Source of the DNA: Hormiphora californensis
Lineage: Eukaryota > Animalia > Ctenophora
Assembly (NCBI GenBank): GCA_020137815.1
Contig: CM035360.1
Span: forward strand, 6,076,001-6,140,000
DNA length: 64,000 bases
Direction of reading: 5' to 3'
Made by a program: the position numbers and the translations under genes. Under the pieces are notes generated by a model that saw nothing but the letters and a program-made list of their open reading frames with translations, searched no databases and was not told the origin of the DNA. Below, in pieces: positions 30,035-41,364 of the stretch (its first letter is position 1; each line of letters opens with the position of its first letter).

Positions 30035-31657
30035 TTATTCTGTGTGTGATGAGCTTGGCCCCAATCCCATTGCAGCCGATTCAGCACTCATTTGCTTAGT
30101 AGATCGGAGCATATCACTCATGGATTTCCTCATACTTTCATTAGTCATCGAAAACGAAACAAAGCTGAACAAATTCTTAAACCAAACACTTGAAATAAGA
30201 AGCCCAGCAAGCTTGAAAATCTTAGTAAAAGTAGCGTTAGCTGATTCAATAAGAGTTTCATGTCCGTACTTGTAAATGTCCCCCTCGCAGTATAACTTAT
30301 CATGAGAGTAGCATATGTAAGCCATAGGAAGGACTGGGGCGAATTTTCCGTTGAAGCAGTATCGATAGAAATCCTCAGACGTTCCAGAGCCAAGCCTCTC
30401 AGGGCAATAAAGATCAGTACGGTGAAGCTCAGGGTGTTGAGCTTCATTAGTAATTAACATAATTATTTCGCTAAGTCGACTGTCACTAGTCAGTTGAAAC
30501 CCATAAAGTGATTCCGGGACAGGCTGTTGCTTCTTTTTCGACCTTTTGCCTTTTTTCTTCGGAATAGACAACTGCTTCCAGTAGTTTTCAACTTCTCCAG
30601 CTCCCCTCACCCCTCTATTTAAGGAGCTTTGAGGTGTTGTGAGTGAAGTATTGCACTCTTTAAGGAAGGTCATCATTTTTTCAGCAGACCAAAACAAAGG
30701 ATGCTTCAAAATCTGTTGAGCAGAAATTCGCTTTTCAGCAGATTTATATACACAAACGTCAATCAACAAGTCAGCAAACAATGTGTCGGCGTGTAAATTT
30801 TTCTCCGAAATAAAAGATACTCTCAAAGCCCTTGTGATATTTCCGTTCCGTTCATGGTCAACTCCAAATGGATGCTCAGCTTTAACAGATGTCCATTCAG
30901 AACTTCGTTGGAATGTCATTATGAATTGTGCCAAACAACCGAAAGCAAACACGTCTCCAGAACACCCGGCTTTCTTTGAACCATTTAATGTTTCTGGTGG
31001 CATCCATCCGTGTGATCCTACTCGTTGTTGACTTACAGTAATACACTTCCTAGAAGGATCAATTTCTCGAGACAGGCCAAAATCAGATATTACGGGAATG
31101 AACTTCTCAATCTGATGGTTGTATTTAACCAAGATGTTGGAGGGCTTCAAATCCCTGTGGACAACTCCTTCCCGGTGCATGTAGTCCAGTCCATTAGCAA
31201 TTTCCAATAACATTTCCTTTTTACTTGACCAGTTTTCATCTACGTTGTTACCTGGATATGGGCCCCCAAAAACGGTTGTACCATTCGACAGAAGAGTGAC
31301 CAAAGATCCAAGACACAGCTCAAGGGCAATTTTCTCAAAATCATCATCATAGTCGTAAAAGTAATACCGTATGATATTTTCGTGCTTTAGTTTCAAAAGG
31401 GCACTAATCTGGCGATAAACATTCTTTTTTAGCTCATCATCATCACTCTGGATCCTTTTGATAGCCACAATCTTTTCACTTGGACCTTGGACGAACAGCC
31501 CGAAGTAGACTAATCCTTCGCTGCCTTTACCAATTCGGAAGGCCGGTTTAGCCTTGAGCTTGATCGGACTCCCATCACCAAACTTGCCGTAGAGTGTCTG
31601 GAAATCTGCATTGTTTTTCAGAAAACCTTGAGCCACACTATCCTCATAAATTGACAT
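30035..31657 (-). CDS. IRE1/RNase L-like kinase + KEN, copy 2
   Basis: Close paralog of copy 1; KEN motif altered to EIIMLITNEAQH. Start MSIYED at 31657. Confidence 0.88.
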   Translation of the reverse strand: MSIYEDSVAQGFLKNNADFQTLYGKFGDGSPIKLKAKPAFRIGKGSEGLVYFGLFVQGPSEKIVAIKRIQSDDDELKKNVYRQISALLKLKHENIIRYYFYDYDDDFEKIALELCLGSLVTLLSNGTTVFGGPYPGNNVDENWSSKKEMLLEIANGLDYMHREGVVHRDLKPSNILVKYNHQIEKFIPVISDFGLSREIDPSRKCITVSQQRVGSHGWMPPETLNGSKKAGCSGDVFAFGCLAQFIMTFQRSSEWTSVKAEHPFGVDHERNGNITRALRVSFISEKNLHADTLFADLLIDVCVYKSAEKRISAQQILKHPLFWSAEKMMTFLKECNTSLTTPQSSLNRGVRGAGEVENYWKQLSIPKKKGKRSKKKQQPVPESLYGFQLTSDSRLSEIIMLITNEAQHPELHRTDLYCPERLGSGTSEDFYRYCFNGKFAPVLPMAYICYSHDKLYCEGDIYKYGHETLIESANATFTKIFKLAGLLISSVWFKNLFSFVSFSMTNESMRKSMSDMLRSTKQMSAESAAMGLGPSSSHTE

Positions 31658-32358
31658 GGCTTTAAGAAAATAAGGAGAGTGGACAGAAACAGAATTGGAG
31701 AAGATTGTTTTAGCAGAGGATAGCTCTCCAATCTCCGAGCATTGTCTTTTTATGCATTTATCACTGAGATATTTCCCCCGCCCGGGTAAAGGCCGAAGGC
31801 CTTCACCTGGATACCTTTTGCAAAAAGACATAGGGTTTTAGAAATCTGTAACGGATATAGTGACTATGTGTAGCAAGACCATCACAGATGTCCCGTTTCA
31901 GTTGCGAGGGGCAACGTGTAGCAACTAGAGCCATACACACAACAAAAAACGTCTCCTTCATAAACCACTTCATTGACACGTTTTCAGAAAATGTGTGGTG
32001 CGCAATGCCACAATGTGGTGCACAGTTTAGCGCTACTAAAACACAATGATTTATTCTATACTGTTTGAGTGATATATCAATGATCGGAAATGTCAGCCCG
32101 CTTTCACATTAGATGGTTATGAAAATAAGGATTGGCAGGGAAACATAGCATTATGAAACATAATGCAGGTATTTTTGTTGATACAACGGGGCAAAGAAAA
32201 CAACCGCATGCAATTAAGTTTTACATAATTATATCTTTGCCTCTTATTATCTCTTATAAAATAAGAATAATTTTGAAGAAATAATATCAAGTAATTTTCT
32301 CCGCCCGTATGCGTTTTGCAGAAAGGCATAGGGGTGTAGAAATCTTTAACGGATATAC

Positions 32359-33379
32359 TAGTTAGGGAATTTTAGCATATTTTTCAGCAAAATTTTTAAC
32401 AAGCTAATTTCTTCACCAATAGATCCGGATAGGTGTCTAGTATCACCAAAAAAAAGTACACGATAATCGGAAGTGCGCACACGCGCTGAGCGCGCAAGAA
32501 GTAAACACATGTAAATACATGTATTTCTAGCCTGGCACGAAAACCCAAAAACCATCTTAGGAGACGAGTAGAGAAAAAATCAAGGGCACTAGATTGTGTA
32601 GCGTCCTCGCATTAGTGGGGGTAGGTGCTGAAATTAAGTCTCTATCTCATCTGGTTAATTAGATAATTGGATAATTAGATATGCGCATAACCGTATTTTG
32701 GCTATATGGCTATAGCCACTTAGGAATGGTTTAGAGACTTTTCAATGGTGCCATTTTGTTCAGAAAAAAATTTCAATCTAAGAGTTGTGGAAAAATTTAG
32801 AGCCTATCTCTTACCGTTTTGGCGTAATTCGCAGTCAAAGAAGGCCAATTAACTGATTTTTTGGCATTTTCGGCTGATTTGGCATACTTTGACCGCAAAT
32901 AACGCCAAAACGGTAAGAGATAGGCTCTAAATTTTTCCACAACTCTTAGATTGAAATTTTTTTCTGAACAAAATGGCACCAATGAAAAGTCTCTAAACCA
33001 TTCCTAAGTGGCTATAGCCATATAGCCAAAAAACGGTTATGCGCATATCTAATTATCCAATTATCTAATTAACCAGATGAGATAGAGACTTAATTCCAGC
33101 ACCTACCCCCACTAATGGGAGGACGCTACACAATCTAGTGCCCTTGATTTTTTCTCTACTCGTCTCCTAAGATGGTTTTTGGGTTTTCGTGCCAGGCTAG
33201 AAATACATGTATTTACATGTGTTTACTTCTTGCGCGCTCAGCGTGTGTGCGCACTTCCGATTATCGTGTACTTTTTTTTGGTGATACTAGACACCTATCC
33301 GGACCTATTGGTGAAGAAATTAGCTTGTTAAAAATTTTGCTGAAAACTTGGCCCTTTTTTTACTAAAATTCCCTTACTA
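32359..33379. mobile_element. ~1-kb foldback (near-perfect palindromic) element
   Basis: Arms of ~490 bp are reverse complements, centred near 32865; the ORF track shows mirror ORFs at 32358-32555 and 33172-33366. Confidence 0.88.
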
Positions 33380-34569
33380 TACATACACTGTGGGATTATA
33401 ATACACTGTGCGATATTATGTATATTTAGTATAATGTACTAAATTTCTTTAGCATGACCAATGACCATTGATGGTTGACTAGAAAATTGTCCCGTAGAAT
33501 AACACACGGCACACAAGAAAAGAACTTGACCGAGGAAGTCTGTGCATTTTGAGCATCGTCATCTTGTTGCAATGGCGGCTGATGGGTGTTGGATAGCTAG
33601 TTAGCAAGGTTTGATTGTATTGCAAGAAGTGAAGAAACATCGTATGTATCTCTGATCTCACATTACATTATGATCTATGACCAAGCCTTAAAGAGGGGGA
33701 AACAGAGCAGTATGACCACAGTATGACTACAGATTGCACTAATTTTATAATTCTTTCAAAGATATCAAAATTTATTTCACACAGTATTTTCCTTGTTTTC
33801 GTGACTCCGAAACTTACACCCTCACTTGCACTCAGCGGTATTAAAGACGTTTTGAATTTCTGTGATACACATATCGTAACTTTCAGGTCAGTTTTTACTT
33901 GAGTTTGCCATCACAGCCTCTTTTGATTCAGTCACCTGTAAATATACATATAATTTAATTTAGCCGGTACCCCCTCATAATGAATGCCGAAATGCCCAAA
34001 ATCAACAATCAGGATACTGGAGTGTACTGCAGTAAAACGTAATACTTTCAGCACTCACCCAATAAAATGTAACGATGTGGCATCTAGAAATTCATCTTAT
34101 CACACTCACCGTCTGTTGAACCCGTCTCCAATGACCTGACCATTGTGCTAAATATATAAGAGAGTGAGATTGAGAGAGTGTGAAAGAAAGGGTATCCCGT
34201 TGCAGGGGAAAAGAGTTTGACACCTGAACTCAAAGATCTGAAAAGATGTAAATAGGTACATAGAACTTGACACAATTTCACATTCATGATAGTTTGTCAC
34301 TGTTATTGAACAAACACAGTCTGGAATTCACTTTTTTCAAGTAAAGAATTCAATTTCAACTTGGTTAAAAACCCAAATGTTTGATTACATAAAAAGGTAC
34401 AATACTTAAGAACTAAAAACACATATCTCGCTAAAAACTCCTAGAAAGTTGGAATGAATCATACCATCGGACCGAAAAAGAGCCCTGTTTTCATTTAACT
34501 GTTCCCTTTTGTAACAAAAGAGATAGAGGGGGTCAGAAGCCCTTACATACAAACAGGAGTTAGCATATA

Positions 34570-34724
34570 CAGTCGGACCCCGATTTACGGGGATGCTCGG
34601 GGAAAGGGTTTTACCCGGTAAATCGGGGTGCCCGGTATATCGGGGTCAAATACCGTTAATTTCCTATATCGGGGAATTTTATCCTCCCGGTAAATCGGGG
34701 TTCCGGTAAATCGGGGTCCGACTG
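34570..34724. mobile_element. Tc1/pogo-type MITE, family copy 2
   Basis: TA-CAGTCGGACCCCGATTTAC..GTAAATCGGGGTCCGACTG-TA. Confidence 0.85.
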
Positions 34725-34936
34725 TATGACTAAAATATCCATCTTTCTCTCTCTTAGATTCATAATATGTAATTAGTGAATATCCATTCTTGGTTACCGT
34801 AGCAACAAACAACACGGATAGCTACACAGATTTACCTCTTCACAAGACCAGATAAATGGGATATATTATCTATAGAGTATTGATATAACACGGTGGGACA
34901 GATGGGATAAAAATTCAGAAGAAAAATTAATGTAGT

Positions 34937-35180
34937 GTGCCTGATAAAATTTTAACCTGGGCTAGAATTTGGGTACAGTGTCCCCTCTCTTCTTGAGAGA
35001 GACAGCACAGGAGGATAGAAGAAGGGGGGATATCATACCCAACGCTAGAATGCTTCCAGAAACCACCACTTGTCTACTTAAATACTTTGTTGTCGCACCG
35101 TAGCGGCATCATATAAACCCTTAGCTACAAGTGGTGGTTTCTGGTAGAATTCTAGGCGGTGTTAAAATTTCACCAGGCAC
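34937..35180. mobile_element. MITE-like element
   Basis: GTGCCTGATAAAATTTTAAC..GTTAAAATTTCACCAGGCAC, plus internal inverted repeat CCAGAAACCACCACTTGT/ACAAGTGGTGGTTTCTGG. Confidence 0.65.
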
Positions 35181-36497
35181 GCCATGAGGCATACATGCTA
35201 CAACAGCCCATTAAAATACTATTAAATATTTGTCAATTTAATAAACACTGTCAAATTACTGTATAGATCAAAATATCAAGAATTAGTTTTCTTCTGAAAC
35301 TGTGGATCCAGGATTTTTCAAGATGTTTGATAATCCTTCAAACTGAGAATCCACAGAAGAAAACACCTGATTTGCCGAATCACAAAGGTCTGCAAAATTT
35401 TCTTGTTTACCGTCTAGATCCCGAAAATCCGCCAATATTTGGAAAAAAATGTAAACGAGTGGAAGTATGAATGCAAACCTTTTACCGAAGCAGTAGTGAT
35501 AGAAATCTGCAGAGGTCCATTCCTCGAAGTTTTGAGGAAAGTTGAGCTCTACTGGAATTTTTTCCTTCGTTTCACGATGCTGCACCCTATTACGAATTTT
35601 ACGGACAATGACAGAAAAATCATCACTGGGGACACAGCCAAATCCGATCAACTTGACATCGTTTTTCTTGTTAAACTGCTGCCAATAAGAGTCAAAATGC
35701 TTGATATAAATTTTGTTAGATTGTAGCTTTATGTTAAACTCATTAAGCAGATTCATCTTTTCTTCCTCGGACCAAAATAGAGGATGTTGCAAGATACTCT
35801 TCGCGTTGAGCCTCCTGTCAGGCTTGTTGCAAATGCAACTAGAAATTAGCATGTCAGCAAAGATAGTATCTGCTTTTCTGGTTGTGTTGCTAGAAATGAA
35901 AGAGACTCTGGATTTTTTAATAATATTGTCTTCCCGTTGACGGTCAACTCCAAATGGGTGCTCAGAGCACTCCTCAGCCTTCGCCGACATCGGCTTTTCA
36001 CTTCGTTGAAAGGTCATAATAAATTGAGCCACACAACCGAAAGCAAAGATATCAAAAGAAAAATAAGCCTTACGTGATCCATTCAAGGCTTCGGGAGCCA
36101 TCCACCCATGGGTACCAACTCTTTGTTGAGTCACTGTGACATATCTCCTGCTGTCATCGATTTCTCGAGATAAGCCAAAGTCAGAGATGACAGGAATATA
36201 TTTCTGAGATCGTGGATTAAACTTGACCAGTATGTTAGAAGGCTTGAAATCCCTATGGACAACTCCTTGTTCGTGCATGTAGGAAAGACCTTCCACAATT
36301 TCAAGCAGCAGTTGCTTCTTCTGCGTCCAGTCTTTATCCAAATCGTTCCCGGGAAAAGGTTCTCCAAATACAGTCTTTTTGTTTGTTAGAAGAGTGACCA
36401 AAGAACCCAGGCATAACTCCGTAGCTATTATTTTAAAATCATCAGTTAAGTCATAAAAAGTTGTTGAGCCAGTCCAAGTGGGCTGGGGGCACCGTCC

Positions 36498-39145
36498 GTG
36501 GTGGATGAAGGTGGGTTGCAGCTGATAGCAGCTGATAGGAGTGTAGGCACCGAGCGACGGACAGCACAAGAGGAACTGCACCGCAAACACCAGAGGAAAC
36601 TAGAGGATGCAAGGGTACGTGTAACCGTCGGAGACACCCCTCCCCCTTCCCCTCCTAACACCGCTCCACCCACCCCTCTCCCCCAAGTTGCAAGCCCCCC
36701 TTCTCCCCTCCCCCACCCTTCTCCTCCTCCCTCACCCACTTCCCAGCCCTCCGCCACCCCCACCCCCTCCCTTCCCCCCATCCCCCTCCCCACTCCCCAC
36801 ACCTCCCATCACCCCCTCACCACCCCACACCCATCACCAGCACCATCACCAGCATGTGACATAGCCGAACACGCACCCACTCAGCTAACCACCGCCAGCA
36901 AGACCCTCCTTGCCATGGGACCGAGCTTCATGCTGAGCCCCACCACATCTCACCGGCAACTGTCCACAATGGCCACCCTGGGGCTCGAAAGAGCTATCTG
37001 CTCCATCAGATACGCTTTCACCTCAGCAGAGCCAGGATCACCACCAGCGAGAGAACGGCAGGACGAAGCACCACCATCCCTCCACAGAGTTGCTGGCAAG
37101 TTTGAACACCTTGGGATCAAACAACCCAGGTTGGCAGACGAGCCCACAGAGGCAGCTATCACTGAACTACGAGGAACTCTGACCCCCATTCTCAAATCAA
37201 GGGCCAACTGGAAGGTGACAACCAACCACAAGAGGACGGACCTCGACAGCCTAAGGGATGCTACTGCGAACCTCACGGATGTAACAATCATCCCAACGGA
37301 CAAGACGAACAGGTTCTGCACCCTCCCAACATCAGCCTGTGAAGAGAGACTGAAACAACACCTCTCAAACGGTTGGATAGAGCTGAGTGGGGACCCATCT
37401 ACAATGTACCAACTGGAGGCAAACCAGCTGCTGCAGGACTGCCTGAAAGTAGGTAGAGTCAGTCAGACGCTACCTCCACGACCGCTCCATCCAGGCATGC
37501 CACCGCCCCCATCATCTACCCCCTGGCCAAAGACCATAAGCCGGACTTTCCCAACACCAAGGTCAGGGTGGTACAACCAGTGGCAGGCAGCGCAGTGGAG
37601 AAACTAGATGTAATCGTGGCCAGCATTTTGTCACAACTGCTCCCCCTCCTGAGATACAGGGTGGACTCCAGCTCTACCTTCATCTCCAGTTGCCTGGCCC
37701 CCTGGGTCGAAGGAGGGCACACATCACCAACCCCAGCCCCGCTCCTGGGTCCGGAACACGTCATAGTGTCCATGGACATTGAGGCAATGTATCCGTCCCT
37801 GCCAACCCACAGGATTGCAATGGACGTCCTCTTTGACTACCTACAGGAACACAAGGACAACATCGACATGCTGGGATTCGACCCACATCACATCACCAAG
37901 TTCATGCAGTTCATCACTTCCCATACATATGCACGGGCATGCGGGAACCACTACCTGCAAACCACCGGTGTCGGAACAGGGTACCATTCCTCGGGAGCCT
38001 ACGCCGAAATCCTAGTCGACTTCACCTACAGGCGTGCCCTCACCAACACGGAACCTGACAAAAGACCCCTCTACCTGGGAACCTACGTGGACGACTCCAA
38101 CTCCATGTGGAAGACAATAGGAGACGCCCACAACTTCCTGAACCGTCTCAACAACGTATGGGAAGGGGAGCTAAGATTCACCATGGAGGAGCCGAGTCAC
38201 CGCCGCATCAGCTTCCTTGACACCCTGCTAACCATAACAGATGAAGGGAAGATACAGCACCAGCTGTACCAAAAAGAAACACACTCGGGAATGTACCTAC
38301 CCTACAACTCCCACTGTGAAACAAAGACTAAACTCAACATAGTCACAACGGAGGCCAGAAGGATCCTCAGACTGTGCTCCAGCAAGGAGCTCGCCTGGCC
38401 CCACCTGGAAACACTCCGCCGCAACCTGATCAACTCCGGGTACCCACAGGAACACGTCGCCATCACCATCACAAGAGAAGCAGCGAGGCACACGCCCCAC
38501 ATACACGCCACACAACCACCCACCACTATCACACCCCTTCCCCCTACCTCTCCCCCTCCCCCCACCCACCCTACCCACCCAGCTCCCTCGGACACGGACC
38601 CCAAATTCATCCTGAAGATCCCCTATGTAAACGAGGCTCTCACAAGAAAGATCCGGACAACAACAGCCAGGTCCGGCATCCCCATACGAGTCGTGACAAC
38701 AAGCGGGAGAACAGTGAAGAGTGAGGTCAAAACAGCCCTAGTCCGGAAGGTTGCCCCATCACCCACTTGCAACTGCAGACTGCACCTAGCCGAGCTCCCA
38801 TGCAACATCAGGAACGTGGTGTACAAGGCCACATGCAGACACTGCTCCCAAGTCTACATCGGAGCTACGGCACGGCCTCTAAGGGAAAGGGTGAAGGAGC
38901 ATGAGAGCAGCCAGCGCCTAGGAAACGACAGGAGCACCTTGGGGAAACATCTTGTTACGGCCCACCCATCATCAGTAACCGGAGAGAGACACGCCAGAGA
39001 CTATGAGAGATTTTTTGAGAACTATGATTTTAGAATTTTAGACCGAGGGAGAGATTGTCTGGACACGTTTTTGAGAGAGAATATAGCAATTCAGCGGGAA
39101 CAGCCACGTCTGAATGAGTGCCAAACAAACGGGTTCATATTCTGA
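36498..39145 (+). CDS. Penelope RT + GIY-YIG endonuclease, one frameshift near 37500 (ORFs 36498-37607 and 37568-39145)
   Basis: TDKTN, SMDIEAMYPS, GVGTG, YVDDS, ISFLD, LYQKETH; VVYKATC..C..VYIGAT..LRERVKEH. Confidence 0.88.
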
Positions 39146-39295
39146 TTACCACCTAGACCACAGCTACCATACTGCAAAGTAATCAGAATATGATCCCACC
39201 TGTTCTCACATTTCGGGCGAGACTGCAACCGCTAATTGATAGTTTCATAGTAGGGATCGTGAGCATAAAATATGTCAAACACATTTTCACCAGTA

Positions 39296-39332
39296 TTGTA
39301 CTGAAGAGGGCATTCTGCCGAAACGTTTATTT
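39296..39332 (+). ncRNA. Putative minimal hammerhead ribozyme in the Penelope 3' region
   Basis: CTGAAGA-g-GGCA-ttc-TGCC-GAAAC-GTT; minimal hammerheads are known in Penelope termini. Stem I pairing is weak. Confidence 0.5.
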
Positions 39333-39895
39333 TTGTTTTGAAAATTCCTTGTTCTGAATGTCTGATACAACTCCGGAAAACGTGAGGAACACAGCAGCTA
39401 TCAGCTGCAACCCACCCAAGTCATAAAAATAAAAACGCACGATATTTGTGTGTTGCAACTTAAAAAGAGCTTCAATTTGATGGTCAAACTCCTTCTTTTC
39501 CTTTTCATCGTCACTCATTATTCGTTTAACCGCCGCGATCTTCGCAGTAGTACCTTGAACAAATAGTCCAAAATATATAAACCCCTCACTTCCTTTGCCA
39601 ATTCGAAGAGATACATCAGCTTTTAGTCGGATTGGTGATCGGGTGTCCCCAAAGTCACCATAGAGATCTTGAAAGAATTCAGATTTAGCCAGATGAATTT
39701 TAGCCAATTTCTGCTCATACGACATCCCGATCACTAAATTGGGAAGCGGAAAGTTTAGCAGCGATAAACAGTAACTTTTTAATAAAACACAATTAACTGG
39801 AGTGAACAGGTACAATAACTCATAACAAATTAATATTTTATTAATTACAGTGTGCATAATACAAAATAATATCAATATTCCGGACTGGGTGATCT

Positions 39896-40040
39896 TACAC
39901 GGTCGCTTGTAGTGGGAAAACGGTAATGGAAAACGAAGATACAGTAAGACGACGCACAACCGTGACCAATCAGGGCGCTAGTACGTGCTGACACATGAAC
40001 TTTGCCGCGCGGTATGCACCGTGCGCGTCTCCTTACTGTA
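39896..40040. mobile_element. Second copy of the 12404-12560 repeat
   Basis: ACACGGTCGCTTGTAGTGGGAAAACGG..CTCCTTACTGTATTTT is shared. Confidence 0.75.
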
Positions 40041-40234
40041 TTTTGCGGTACCGTATTTTGACTGCAAGCACACTGTAACTGCAAGAATTTTTATGTTATT
40101 AAATAATAAACATATTTTAAAACACATGTGTTGTGTGAAAAATCAACATCATGGGAAACTATTTTACTATTTGTTTCCCTGTTTTTATTTTTGAAACTCA
40201 TTCGAAACTCATCATATATCCAGGATTTGTCATG

Positions 40235-40786
40235 AGAACTAACATCTCGACTAGCAGAGCTAACATCTCGACTAGCAGAGCTAACATCTCGACTAGCAGA
40301 ACTAACATCTCGACTAGCAGAGCTAACATCTCGACTAGCAGAGCTAACATCTCGACTAGCAGAACTAACATCTCGACTAGCAGAACTAACATCTCGACTA
40401 GCAGATAACATCTCGACTAGCAGAACTAACATCTCGACTAGCAGAACTAACATCTCGACTAGCAGAACTAACATCTCGACTAGCAGAACTAACATCTCGA
40501 CTAGCAGAACTAACATTCGACTAGCAGAACTAACATCTCGACTAGCAGAACTAACATCTCGACTAGCAGAACTAACATCTCGACTAGCAGAACTAACATC
40601 TCGACTAGCAGAACTAACATCTCGACTAGCAGAACTAACATCTCGACTAGCAGAACTAACATCTCGACTAGCAGAACTAACATCTCGACTAGCAGAACTA
40701 ATATCTCGACTAGCAGAACTAACATCTCGACTAACAGAGCTAACATCTCGACTAGCAGAACTAACATCTCGACTAGCAGATAACAT
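40235..40786. repeat. 21-bp minisatellite, ~26 copies
   Basis: AGAACTAACATCTCGACTAGC, highly homogeneous. Confidence 0.97.
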
Positions 40787-40862
40787 TTAAACTTAGTTTA
40801 GAATGGAACAATATAGAGGTTATAGATATAGAGGTTATATAGCACATAATATATTGTGTATC

Positions 40863-40998
40863 TAGATCACACATATTGTGTAAATACAAAACAGTCTCCG
40901 CCACAGTACTACCACCCCTCAGGGTCAAGGTATTGACGATAGATCACACATATTGTGTAAATACAAAACAGTCTTCACACTTGTACTACCACCACTCA
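40863..40998. repeat. ~77-bp tandem duplication
   Basis: TAGATCACACATATTGTGTAAATACAAAACAGTCT..CTCAGGGTCAAGG twice. Confidence 0.8.
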
Positions 40999-41298
40999 GG
41001 GTCAAGGAATTGACGATGACCGAATCTGGGCAAAAAACAGGGAATTCGGCCGACCAGAAGAGCATTTTGTCAAGGCGTCCACCCTGGAAGATATTGTTGT
41101 CATCATGACCAGTGTAAGTTGGTTAAAATTAACTTAATTATTATGAGTGAGATCTGGTCAGGATTGAATACCCTAACCCAAAAGTCTGAGAGTGGACTTG
41201 GAGTCCAAATTTTTAGGAGAAATATGACTTGTAAACCTATCATGGCCCTTGTCAGCGCCTCACGTTGTAAACGTATCATGGCCCTTGTCAGCGCCTTG

Positions 41299-41364
<66 letters not shown>

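Larger units (their letters stand above)
36460..39417 (+). mobile_element. Penelope-like retroelement
   Basis: 12-bp TSD AAGTCATAAAAA at 36448-36459 and 39418-39429; RT plus GIY-YIG endonuclease. Confidence 0.93.
35283..39725 (-). pseudogene. IRE1/RNase L-like kinase + KEN, copy 3, split by a Penelope insertion
   Basis: 5' part 39725-39418 (MSYEQK..IVRFYFYDL) joins in frame to the 3' part 36447-35283 (TDDFKIIATELC..HRDFKPSN..APE..IRNRVQH) once the insertion and one TSD copy are removed. Confidence 0.88.

Noticed and set aside
37440-37610. Programmed frameshift in the Penelope ORF
   Set aside because: No slippery site seen; Penelope elements normally have one ORF, so a mutation or sequencing indel is more likely.
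40091-40786. SSASRDV / MLVLLVE repeat ORFs, or a CRISPR-like array
   Set aside because: Translation of a 21-bp minisatellite; no unique spacers, and frame-breaking unit variants.
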